A stretch of 38,384 nt of DNA from Octopus bimaculoides (taxonomy: Eukaryota), in the NCBI RefSeq assembly GCF_001194135.2, contig NC_068993.1:987060-1025443 (forward strand), written 5' to 3'. Under the pieces are notes generated by a model. That model was given only the letters and a program-made list of their open reading frames with translations. It was not told the DNA's origin and did not search any database. Every line of letters begins with the position of its first letter. The stretch's first letter is position 1. Shown in pieces: positions 11,882 through 23,169 of this stretch. Both the position numbers and the translations under genes were made by a program.

Positions 11882-12989
11882 AGGGACTTGGAAATAATAT
11901 TGATACGTTTTCTTTCTTTCTCTCTGGGAGGGAAGACAGAAACCAACGTTAAACAAAGAATAAAACCTGCACAGTTAGCTCTGTGTATTTTTTGGGATAT
12001 CTGTCAATCTATCAATCTATCAATCTGCGGGTTTGTGTATATATAGAGAGAGAGAAAGAGAGAGAGTGAGAGAGAGAGAGAAAGAGAGAGAGTGAGAGAG
12101 AGAGAAAGGGAGAGATACACATGTATATGATTACACTACATTCATATGTATACATATATATATATACACATACATGTATGTATGCATGAGTGTATATATG
12201 TATATATACATGTGTGTGCATGCATGTATGCATATGTGAATGTAAATATGCATGTATGCATGTATAAATGTATGTATGTATATATGCATATATGCATGTC
12301 TGTCTGTATATATATATATATATATGTATGTATATATATATATATATGTATGTATATATATATATATATGTATGTATATATATATATATATGTATGTATA
12401 TATATATATGTATGTATATATATATATATATATATATGTATATANNNNNNNNNNNNNNNNNNNNNNNNNNNNNNNNNNNNNNNNNNNNNNNNNNNNNNNN
12501 NNNNNNNNNNNNNNNNNNNNNNNNNNNNNNNNNNNNNNNNNNNNNNNNNNNNNNNNNNNNNNNNNNNNNNNNNNNNNNNNNNNNNNNNNNNNNNNNNNNN
12601 NNNNNNNNNNNNNNNNNNNNNNNNNNNNNNNNNNNNNNNNNNNNNNNNNNNNNNNNNNNNNNNNNNNNNNNNNNNNNNNNNNNNNNNNNNNNNNNNNNNN
12701 NNNNNNNNNNNNNNNNNNNNNNNNNNNNNNNNNNNNNNNNNNNNNNNNNNNNNNNNNNNNNNNNNNNNNNNNNNNNNNNNNNNNNNNNNNNNNNNNNNNN
12801 NNNNNNNNNNNNNNNNNNNNNNNNNNNNNNNNNNNNNNNNNNNNNNNNNNNNNNNNNNNNNNNNNNNNNNNNNNNNNNNNNNNNNNNNNNNNNNNNNNNN
12901 NNNNNNNNNNNNNNNNNNNNNNNNNNNNNNNNNNNNNNNNNNNNNNNNNNNNNNNNNNNNNNNNNNNNNNNNNNNNNNNNNNNNNNNNN

Positions 12990-13070
<81 letters not shown>

Positions 13071-13911
13071 ATATATATATATATATGCATGTATGTATGT
13101 ATGTATGTACATATGAGGTCCTGGTGGTGGCTGCCATATTGTATTCAGTCATGAAATATGAACCAAAGACAGGAAACTGGCATTTATTAATAGACAAGAG
13201 AAAAGGTCAATGAATTTTAATTCCTTTTTACCAAACCTTACATTGAACCTATTTTCTCTTTTGTAAGGTCCAGTGGCTTTTTGCAATTTTTTTCTCCATT
13301 TGATTTATTGCCATTAGAACATGGAAGATCAATATAAGGGAAACACATCATTATTCTTGGTTTTATATTTGTCCCAAACTGGCCGCAATGGCCACGGTGG
13401 CTAACACTACTGCAGCCTCTTCCACCTGTTTTTGTCTTTTACTAATTTCTTTCTCAAACCTTCTACCTGCCAATCTCATATTTTACTGATTCCATGCCAT
13501 CTTTTACTCTGATTTACCATTATGTTGACTGCCATCAATCATAAACCTACACTTTTTTCCTTGCTTCACTCTACTGGCACCAATAATATCCATCTCATTC
13601 TTCATATTTCATTCCTCTGTTATACATCCACCAATTTAGTATTACCAATCTTATGGATATTATTGTCCAAAATACATTTGGCTTTACACACACCTCACAC
13701 ACAACCATCTTAATACATTACTATATGACTATATGATTGTATCATTCATTATAGTACAATATTGTTTTGCTACATCTGCTGAGTCACATGGTACAAATAT
13801 GTACAAGATACTTGTGGACATCATTGAAGACTCGGATAATAATAAAACCTGTTTAATTTACTTTGATAATTATTCCTATGAAAGCGTAGAAAGAGCAATT
13901 TTTTTATTTAC

Positions 13912-14037
13912 CATCGTCTTTATCATCGTCTGAGTCTTTGTCATCATTATCATCGTCATCATCATAATCCTGTTTTGGGGCTGTTTTCGATAGATCCCTC
14001 ACATGGCCATTAATCTGAAGATTGAGAGGTTTATGAC
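13912..14037 (-). CDS. dac: dachshund internal coding exon with acidic tract (126 nt, phase 1 in, phase 1 out)
   Basis: Acceptor tattttctcgttgtag|GT and donor GATG|gtaaat. In frame with the previous exon (A|GT = Ser), reading HKPLNLQINGHVRDLSKTAPKQDYDDDDDNDDKDSDDDKDD. From memory, an acidic stretch precedes DD2 in protostome Dachshund proteins. Confidence 0.85.
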
Positions 14038-14769
14038 CTACAACGAGAAAATAGTTCATTTTCTAACAATCACAACTAATCAATGTAGAACTGGCTTCAG
14101 GGTCTTCACCTTCAACTCCCATAATTCAAAATTATTTTTCATTCTCTTAAACCAGATAAGTTTTTTTCATTTTATTACATGCAACAGTGATTGGGAAAAC
14201 TTTATGTTTGAAGATTGCCTTTTTTAAAAAGTTTTGACCAATATTAGGGAACAATTTACATATATGGAATATGGTAAATTATGGATATGAAATGTGGTAG
14301 ATTTCAAATATGAAATATGATCTACTCCACATATGAAATGTAGTCAATTACAGAATATTAAATGAGTATATTCCACGATGATACATGAATTTATTGGAGG
14401 AATTCACCCTTAGAATTCTGTAAGTCATTTTTAAAGATAGAGACTCATTTCTTTGATTAGATGTGAGAACATTATTTCTCTTCCCTTTGGATTCCGTATA
14501 ATATTCATCTACCAATTCCATACATATCCCTTTCCCTATTCTGATATTTCAAGTCAAACATCTTCATCACCGAATCCCTTTTTATAAATTACACCACCAG
14601 AATTAATAAAATTTCATTTTAAGCCTTCCAATTTGGGGGTGGGGGTGGGAGTTGAAATTAAAAGTGATAAATGATCGATGTCAATCAGAGAGATACACTG
14701 ATTGGGGAGACATCACAGCCGTATCAAGAAAATCACAAGTGCTTCCCCATTTACAAACAACAGGACAAG

Positions 14770-14857
14770 CACTTGGACTCAAACGGCCCTCTTCATAAAA
14801 AAGGGGAAAACACTAGGACACAAATGGCCCTTTATGTAAAAAGGGGATAAAGACTAG
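14770..14857. repeat. ~41-bp tandem duplication with internal hairpins
   Basis: cacttggactcaaacggccctcttcataaaaaaggggaaaa / cactaggacacaaatggccctttatgtaaaaaggggataa / gactagg. Confidence 0.7.
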
Positions 14858-14959
14858 GCCAGAAACAGGCATGGGAATTCATAGTGAGAACAGAAAGATC
14901 TGGAATTGGTACTACAAGATGTCTCAATGGATTATTTAACAGTTTCATCAATTCACTGC

Positions 14960-15068
14960 CCCAAGATTGGTACTTTAGTAAGGTTTGAACTCAGAGCATA
15001 AAGAGCCAGAACAAATACCATGATGTACTCTATTTGCCATTTCAGTGATTCTGCCATCTCACCAGCTT
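14960..15068 (-). mobile_element. partial SINE head related to family B
   Basis: Reverse complement TAAGCTGGTGAGATGGCAGAATC...CTGAGTTCAAACC...AAAGTACCAATCTTGGGG, with the internal body deleted. Confidence 0.5.
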
Positions 15069-16052
15069 AAAAATGGATGAGTTGTGTCTGTGAGGATCTC
15101 AGAGAAGTTCATTTCAAATCATAGAGAGTCTTATGAACAGAAAAGACTGGATTTGAACCAACAATTCATTAATTACTAGAAAGTATCAATTCTCTCCATC
15201 ACTTCAAACAATTTTAGAAAGCTAAAATTAATTACTCCATTAATTCTTCACTTCACAAAAATATACCCAACTGCAGCAATCTGATGGAATGGCAAATCTG
15301 ATATTCCTTAATTTTGTTCTTGAGGAAGACCCTAAAAGTGCCTGAAATTCTAGACAACAACAATCTTATTGTCTGTTTAGGTTTTCAACTCTGAGAAAAT
15401 AAAATCCTTGAAATCCAAAAAATGTTGAAATGAATTCTTAAACGAACATTTTGAGTGGGAAATATTTGAATGAAATTAAAATAATGTATTTAATCAAGAA
15501 AAAAAAAAACAGGAAGTAAATGGAATATTCTGGAGAAGTTTGAGAATGAGGTCAGGCTGTAGAAGTCTCTGGGTGAAAGACCAGGCAATCGGTGCTGTCA
15601 CACGGTAAATTTTTCTCTCGGTCTAAAAGACATTTTTATCTCTAAAACTGGTTTTTCATAAAAACAAAAAAATATTTGATATCACCAAAACCAAAGTGAA
15701 CAACTGACAGACCCTTTCACAGAATCTGTCAGGATATGAAATGGTAACTCAAATATATATCAAATGGATGGGATGACTAAACATACATACCGTATGCTGT
15801 AATAATATGGATATCAAAATGGATTTATATCATGAAGCAGATGATGATGACAATGATGATGATGATGGTGGTGGTGGTGGTGTTGGGCATGATGATGATG
15901 ATGATGGTGAGGATAATGGTGGGGGGTGGGGGATAATAATGATGATGATGAAGGTTGTGATGATGATGTGAGTTAAAAAGAGTTCACAGAAATTATATTT
16001 TAGGAGAGATTTTAGCAAAACAACACAAAAATAAAAAGAGTCGTCAACTTAC

Positions 16053-16153
16053 TCAAATCGCTGTGACTTAACGAAGGATAGCTTTTGTCGACCATGTGAT
16101 GTGAAACTTTGTCTGTAATCTTCATACCTCCTTCAGATCGGTCATCACTGGAC
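16053..16153 (-). CDS. dac: dachshund internal coding exon (101 nt, phase 2 in, phase 1 out)
   Basis: Acceptor gatttttgtttacag|G and donor TTGA|gtaagt. Splices in frame to the 21700 donor (AA|G = Lys) and reads SSDDRSEGGMKITDKVSHHMVDKSYPSLSHSDL with no stop. Too short for the ORF track. Confidence 0.85.
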
Positions 16154-16236
16154 CTGTAAACAAAAATCGGCAGTCTGTTCTATTTTACGATACTCTTTAC
16201 TTTGGACAAGCTGTTGATGATAATAAAGATAATAAT

Positions 16237-16443
16237 CCTTCATACTATAAGCTGAAGGCTTGAAATTTTGAGGGGAGGGGGTCTAGTTGATCATATTGAC
16301 CCCAGTGCTGTTTTATGAACCCCTGAAAGGATTGAAAGGCAGAGTCAAACTTTAGGGGATTTGAACTCAGAAATATAAAGATGGATGAAATGCCACAAAG
16401 CATTCTGCCTGAAGTGCTGAAGATTCTACCAGCTTGCCACCTT
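16237..16443 (-). mobile_element. SINE family B copy (antiparallel to the + copies)
   Basis: Reverse complement contains GGTGGCAAGCTGGTAGAATC...CTGAGTTCAAATCCCC...GACTCTGCCTTTCAATCCTTTCAGGGG...CTGGGGTCAATATG. Confidence 0.75.
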
Positions 16444-16506
16444 AATAATAATAATAATGGTAATAATAAGAATAACAACAACAACAGCAATAATAATAAT
16501 AATAAT

Positions 16507-16647
16507 GACATTATTTACATTAGACTGATATTTGTCCTCATCTTGTTTGTTATTAACACAACGTTTCGGCTGATAGACTCTCCAACCTTCTTCAGGTGTC
16601 TTGGGGAAATTTCGAACCTGGGTTCTCATTCCTAAGGTATTTTCCAA

Positions 16648-16685
<38 letters not shown>

Positions 16686-16740
16686 TCACTGCCTGAAATT
16701 GAACTCGGAATCTTGACGTTAGTAGCCCACGCACTTAACC
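16507..16740 (-). mobile_element. composite SINE: tRNA-like head, (TAA)n spacer and Penelope-type hammerhead 3' module
   Basis: Minus strand: GGTTAAG...GGGCTACTAA...GAGTTCAATTTCAGGCAGTGACCTG (A-box remnant, anticodon-like loop, B-box-like), then (TAA)n, then ...CCCCAAGACACCTGAAGAAGGTTGGAGAGTCTATCAGCCGAAACGTTGTGTT... Confidence 0.7.
16555..16600 (-). ncRNA. minimal type I hammerhead ribozyme motif (Penelope-like-element type)
   Basis: GACAC (stem I 5') - CUGAAGA core - extra A - GGUUGG/AGAGUCUA/UCAGCC (stem II, two G-U pairs) - GAAA - C GUU (loop-less palindromic stem III, AACGUU) - GUGUU (stem I 3', pairs with GACAC). Predicted cleavage after GUU, between 16560 and 16559. Confidence 0.75.
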
Positions 16741-17523
16741 CAATTGTTCTGTAATCTTTGATGATGTCATCAAATCATTGATCTGTTATCAATCAAGGTG
16801 GTTCACAGTTATCTCCTGTTTTATTCATGATGTTGGATACAGATTGTTTACTAGGTGCCCTCAGCCATGGCCAGCTGAGTCCCAAATTCACAAAGGGCAA
16901 GGTTTTTTACACCCTGAACCCCCTAAAACATTACTGCTCCCTGTTCTAGTCACCCAAAATTATTTATGTTTTGTCACTAACCAAGGTAAACTTATCCTGC
17001 TGACCTTCAAAGCTCTCTGCAAGCATTATTGAGACTTTCTTTGTTGATAATTAAAGGTAGATGGGGGGGGGGCGATGATGAAAAGAAGACAGAAGCCATG
17101 GGTGGTGGCGGTGGTGGTGTGTGTGTACTGTCCTCCAAAGGACTTGGAGAGACAATTAGATTTGTTATGATTGGCAGACATAACAAAAGACAAGAAGGTT
17201 CAAGAGACAGAATGGACTTCCCCCTCTCCCTCCCCTCCTCTCTTCCCTTCCTTCTCTCTGTCTTTATATCAGCATACAAGTGTGTGTGTGTGTGTGTGAT
17301 TCTCTCTCCTTTTATATTCACACACACACACATATTAGGGAAAGAGAGAGAAACAGGTAAGCAGTCAATGATAGTGTGTGTGAGTGTGTACAGGTATATA
17401 CATATATCACTTATGTGTATATTATATATGAGTATATGTATATATGTATATGTAAATATATGTATACATATACACATATATGCATATATATCTATCATGT
17501 GTATATATATATTATATATGTAT

Positions 17524-17575
<52 letters not shown>

Positions 17576-19024
17576 GCACATACACATATACATATAAACG
17601 TATACATATGTGTATGTATATATTTGTACCAATTATTTCTCTACAGTATTGAGGAGACTTGGATATCAAGAAATACATTAAATAAATAATTAAAAAAAAC
17701 AGTTACAAGAAGCAAAACACGCACACATACACATACACACACATACACACTCCCACCCACATTTAAAAGTTGATCCACAGCAAAGTAAAAAAACAAACAA
17801 AAGGAAAACATGTTTAAAACATGACAAAAAAATGCCCCTAAAAACCCCCCAAACAGATCTGAGTAAAATTGTAGACAGGACGCATTTCATGGCCAGATTA
17901 CTTTCTATTGTAAATCTAGATTTAGTTTCTTTTTTTTTTTTATGTTTGGTGTTTTTCCATTTCTTTCTCTCCGTCCGGTGCAGGCCCCCCTCCCCCCCCC
18001 GGACAGTTGTAGTCTTGCTTGAGAACGAATTAAACTTTTGTCCTGATTTCTTCTGGCTTTCATTATTACAAAGTAAACGGTGCCATATGTCCAATTGTAA
18101 GGAAAAAGCTAGCGTGATTAAAAAGTAGAAGGTAAAAAAAAGAGAGAAAGAAAGAAAGAAGGAATGGGGTTCGTTAGTTAATTTAGTGATTGAGAGAGAA
18201 GGATTGAAGGTGGTGATGGTGGTGGTGGTGGGGATGTGGCGTGTATTAAAGAATAATTATAATAGCAATAATTAAAATAAGAAAAACATAAAATAAAATG
18301 AGTAATTAAAAGATTTAAAATAGGAGAAAAGATTGGGAAAACTTGAATGGAAGGAAGCAGATAAAGTTGTGTAAACATTGGTTATTGCAGGGACAAGATA
18401 AGGGGGGAGGGAGAGAAGGGGACGGTGAGGTAGGGTTAGGGAGGGAGGGAGAGGGCAATAAGGTATTGAAGATGACAGACAGGTAAAAATTAAAAAAAAC
18501 AGGAAGATTTTAATGGATTCCAAGGAAAAAAATGGAGTCAACAGATTTTAAGACTAAAAAATGTTTGAAATAAAACTAAATTTATTAAAAATGATAAAAT
18601 AAAATGATTTGATGTCGATTTATCAGGAAATTAATCTAAGTTGTTTCGATTATCTCAGGGTAACTTAAGGTACCTTGATAATAATTTAGATAAGGTACTT
18701 TAGTGTGGCTTCCAACTGTGAGAAGGAGGAAGAAGAGATGAAGACAAGAGAAGATAAGTTGTTATGGGACAACTTACTGAGGGTAACAGATCAAATCTGG
18801 CTGGTGCAAACTGGGGGGTGACAGTAAAGCAGAAGGGGGGGAGGGTCACAAAAGTGAAAAAACTTGGAAAGATTGGAAGAATGGGAATTCATCCACATAT
18901 TTCACAATTATGGATTGTCTTTGATGAAGAACTTGGAAAGAGACAGCAGCAGCAGAGGACAAAGATCCATTTATTAAAGTATGGCAGGCAGAGAGTAAGA
19001 GAAATACACAACACACACACACAT

Positions 19025-19218
19025 GAGAAGCTTCTTTCAGTTTCTGCCTACCAAATCCATCACAAGGCCTTGATTGGCCTGAGGCTAGAGTCTGAGCACA
19101 TGGTCTGTTCTATTTGAAAATCAGGATGATGGTATAGAAGACACTTGCCTAAAGTGTCGAGTAGTGGAACTGAACCCAGAACCATGTGGTTGGAAAGCAA
19201 GCTTCTTACAACATAGCT

Positions 19219-19224
<6 letters not shown>
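19025..19224 (-). mobile_element. tRNA-derived SINE with CORE-like segment (family D)
   Basis: Reverse complement GGCATAGCTATGTTGTAAGAAGCTTGCTTTCCAACCACATGGTTCTGGGTTCAGTTCC (A/B boxes) ... CACTTTAGGCAAGTGTCTT (similar to the CORE-SINE motif ACCTTGGGCAAGT) ... GCCTTGTGATGGATTTGGTAG...GAAACTGAAAGAAGC. Confidence 0.7.
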
Positions 19225-19266
<42 letters not shown>

Positions 19267-19269
<3 letters not shown>

Positions 19270-19673
19270 TCATCATCGTTTAACGTCCGCTTTCCATGCT
19301 AGCATGGGTTGGACGATTTGACTGAGGACTGGTGAAACCGGATGGCAACACCAGGCTCCAGTCTGATTTGGCAGAGTTTCTACAGCTGGATGCCCTTCCT
19401 AACGCCAACCACTCAGAGAGTGTAGTGGGTGCTTTTACGTGTCACCCGCACGAAAACGGCCACGCTCGAAATGGTGTCTTTTATGTGCCACCCGCACAAG
19501 CCAGTCCAGGGGCACTGGCAACGATCTCGCTCGAAAATCCTACAGGAGCCAGTCAGGCGGTACTGGCAACGGCCACGCTCAAAATGGTGCATCTCATGTG
19601 CCACCCGCACAAGAACCAGTCCAGGGGCACTGGCAACGATCTTACTTGGCTTGCCGGGTCTTCTCACGCACAG
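19267..19673 (-). mobile_element. SINE-like family A copy with internal tandem subrepeats and (TGA)n tail
   Basis: On + it reads catcatcatcgtttaacgtccgctttccatgctagcatgggttggacg...ctacagctggatgcccttcctaacgccaaccactc...gtagtgggtgcttttacgtg. The ~43-nt subunit GTGCCACCCGCACAAG..CCAGTCCAGGGGCACTGGCAACGATCT occurs twice. CpG-rich, so relatively young. Confidence 0.8.
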
Positions 19674-19690
19674 CCCATTTATCATCATTT

Positions 19691-19893
19691 TAAAGCTAGC
19701 AGAATTGGTGCAGGAGAAAGTGCTTAGCAGCATTTCTTTTAGTTCTTCTAGCTCAGAGTTCAAATTCCACTGAGGTCGACTTTACCTTTCATCCTTTTGG
19801 GGTCCATGACATAAGTACCAGTTGAACCCTGGGGTCAATGTAATTGACTAGCTTCTCCCCCAAATTTCACGCCCTGTGCCTATAGTAGAAAGG

Positions 19894-19950
<57 letters not shown>
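19691..19950 (+). mobile_element. SINE family B copy with (TAT)n tail
   Basis: CAGAGTTCAAATTCCACTGAGGTCGACTTTACCTTTCATCCTTTTGGGGTC...AAGTACCAGTTG...CTGGGGTCAATG, followed by (TAT)n. Confidence 0.8.
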
Positions 19951-21512
19951 TCCTTATTACTGTAGCAATATTGTTGTTGTTATTGTACAGTAATATTGCG
20001 CCAAGTTAACCAAAAAGGTGTTAGTGTCTCTGCAAAATGAAGATGGAATATAAGAGAAACTGCAGCAGCAGCAACATTATGGATGGGGGACAAATGAAAT
20101 AGCTTCCTCCCTCCCCCCCCCCATCAATACCATTATTTGCTTGGCTCTCAGTTCTTCAATAAACATGATTTCCCCAAGACATCAAGGGTAGAGTTTTGTA
20201 GGCACCCCAGAGACTCTTCTCCATTCATTGGGTACTTAACATAAAACATTACAGCACATCAGCAGCAGCAGCGGCGGCAGCAGCGGCAGCACTGGCGTGA
20301 ATCTCTTTGAATCTTCAGAGTTTGTGAGAGTATTTACTCATTTGCTTTTAAGAGGTTCCTGATTATCAAAATAACTTACAACAACAAGAAACAAGAAAAT
20401 AAGCTGAAACAAAAAAGAAAAAAAAACCCAAACAAAGCAGTTGGCTATTTCTGTGAAAGTTCTCTGCTAAAAGCCATCCTTAATATTTCTTCTAAAATAA
20501 TAAAAAAAAATTAAAAAAAGCCCAAACATCCTTTAGAATAAAATAAAATGAAATATTTGTCACAGTTCTTATATTGAGGAGAATAAAATAAAAACAACAA
20601 CAAACAAAATAGCCGCAAAGAAAAACAAACAAACAAAAAAAAAATAGGTAAAAAAACGTAGAAAAAGTCCCTGTGTATTGATTTGCACAAACAAGCAAAA
20701 ATCTAAAGGTTGTAATAATATTCTGTTAAAACTATTATCTATCTCTCATAAAATATCAAAGACAAACATAGATTTCGGTTGAGTTTCAATGGTTTTCCTT
20801 TTTGAATCTCTCATTCTGAGCTTTCATAACAAAAAACATATTGTAGAGCTTTGATAGGTTTTTAATATCAGTTTGACAAGATGAGTTTTTAAATAGAGTT
20901 TTATGTATATGAATGTGAGGGTGTGTGTGTGAGGAGGGGTGCAGAGCTGGCTGTGATATATATATGTGTGTGTGTGTGTGTGTGTAAAGATATATATGTG
21001 TATGTGTGTATGCGTGTGTATGTATGCACACACACACACACACCCATATTTATGTATATATATGTATATATATATGGGAGACAGCATAAGTTTTTGCTAT
21101 GTTATATTAAAACCATTCCTGTATTTAGTCATTCTCTCAATAATTTTATCAAATCCAACTCTGTCATCATCAATGCAAGACCATCACAGTCTCGTCTTCA
21201 GAATGAGGTGAGGTTGGTGCATGTTACTACCTCTTTGCACTAAGCACAACAAAAGTGATTGGTGTAAGCATTATTACTGGAATCTCAATTCAGATCATTA
21301 GTGTTATACACCATCAGTGTGTATGTGTTTGTGTGTGTGTGGTGAGGTGACATAGCGGACCATGTTTTATGCTGGGTTGATTGTATTTCAGTCAGTATTA
21401 GAAATGTGGCTCAAGTTATTCCAGACCATTACTAACTTAGAAATTCTGACAATTTCTATTAATCAATGACAATTGGTAAATATAGAAACAACAACAACAA
21501 CACCAAGTGCAG

Positions 21513-21565
<53 letters not shown>

Positions 21566-21699
21566 TGGTTTAATGTAGAATTTCAGTTAAGGTGAAGATA
21601 AGGGATGCAGGAAATAAGGCCTTGTAATATCAGGAGTTTGGGAACTAAAATTGTTGATATTGATTGAGAGAGGAGAAATGAAAAAAATAGATTTCTTAC

Positions 21700-21895
21700 T
21701 TTGGAGATAAAACATCTGATTCTGAACTTGAGCGTTCTTTCATAATTGGCGCTTCAGGACGCATTGTTAAATGGTTTGCCATTGTCATTGACACTGGAGG
21801 TGACATTATGGGGTGATTTAGTGGCATGTAGGGAAGGGCTCCAAGAGCATACGGATGATGAGGGTAGCCATTGAGAATATTTTTTCGTTCACCAG
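21700..21895 (-). CDS. dac: dachshund-family (SKI/SNO/DAC) transcription cofactor, internal coding exon (196 nt, phase 1 in, phase 2 out)
   Basis: Acceptor ttttttttgtttttatttttacag|CT and donor CCAAA|gtaaga. Encodes GERKNILNGYPHHPYALGALPYMPLNHPIMSPPVSMTMANHLTMRPEAPIMKERSSSESDVLSP. The segment LPYMPLNHPIMSPPVSMTMANHL...PIMKER resembles, from memory, the DACH linker LPFMMMPHPLIPVSLPPASVTMAMSQMNHL...VIKER. DD1 and DD2 are not visible, so orthology rests on this motif and the exon chain. Confidence 0.85.
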
Positions 21896-22371
21896 CTGTA
21901 AAAATAAAAACAAAAAAAAAATACATAAATAAACCCTCATAAGATATTTAAACAGTTTAAATTAAAATATACAACAATTTAAAAAGACATATTTTACGAA
22001 TTTTATTCAAATTTAACATTGAAAAATAATTGTATAATTGGTTATTCACAATGTGAAATTACTTATTAAACATGTCAGTGAGAGAAAGAAACTGGACGAT
22101 AAAGATGGTGCTGGTGCATCAGTTTCAATCAGCTGATGCAGAATATTGAACAAAAGCTTCTCGTGATCACAACAACTTTCATTGTCAGTCATGACGACAA
22201 AAGATAAATGATTTGTATGGCCATACTAATGAATGTTTTGTATATTGATCGACTGATTGTGAATGAGTCTTTACATATATAGACCATGGCTGGGTGTCGA
22301 TGTTTTTATTATAACAGGAATTTACTGTTTATAGATTTATAGGACTGACTCAGTTATGAATTATATATATT

Positions 22372-22403
<32 letters not shown>

Positions 22404-23138
22404 CATTCATATATATATATATATATATATACACACATGTACACACATGTGTGTATATCCAATAAAAATACAAACAATACATACATGTGCTTGCATGTGT
22501 GTGGCTGCAAATATATATGCTTATATCTGTGTACATGTGTGTGTGTATATATATATGTATATATATGTATTATATATATCATATTGTATTATATTATATA
22601 TAATATATATCTCTGACTACTGCTTTTAACATAAAAATATTTAAATGCTGCTTTATGAAATAAACCTACACGCGTGCACGCACACACACATATGTATGTA
22701 TGCAGAGAAATATTTGCTATTCATACTAATTATGCTAACACCATTAGTATTTATACTAATTATTTTAATTATCCTAATTATCCTTTTACAATAGGAACAG
22801 AGAAAAAAAAAGACAACAAACCACACCATATACTTATAATTACCCCCATCCCCCACTTCTGTTGTCGGGCAGACATGAAAGAAGCTGAAATGATATTAAA
22901 TGCGAGAGAAACTGCAATGATTTTCCATTGGTATCCATGAAATATTGCACTGGAACTTCTCCGGGTGAATGGCAGAGTCTGAATGGAAACTGGGTTAGCA
23001 TACTCAAAAGGTCTCATTCAACCCATGGTGTATTGGACGTTAAAATCATGGTGAAATATTACATGTATACATACATGGACACTATATATAGATATGTGCA
23101 TGTGTGTATGTTTGTGCGTGTGTGTATATGTATGTATG

Positions 23139-23169
<31 letters not shown>

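Noticed and set aside
12012-13213. Long ORFs (280-430 aa) here and at 30188-31480, 31756-32943 and 34998-35748
   Set aside because: They are (AT)n/(AC)n dipeptide repeats reading through N-gaps, so they are artefacts.
19439-19660. Regularly repeated units superficially like a CRISPR array
   Set aside because: Eukaryotic context, no unique spacers and no cas genes. They are internal subrepeats of SINE family A.
22900-22980. Strong branch point and acceptor (tgctaac...ttccattcag|ACTCTGCC) on the minus strand
   Set aside because: The phase-1 frame (DSAIHPEKFQCNISW...) reaches a stop, and only a very weak donor (GCA|gtttct) precedes it.
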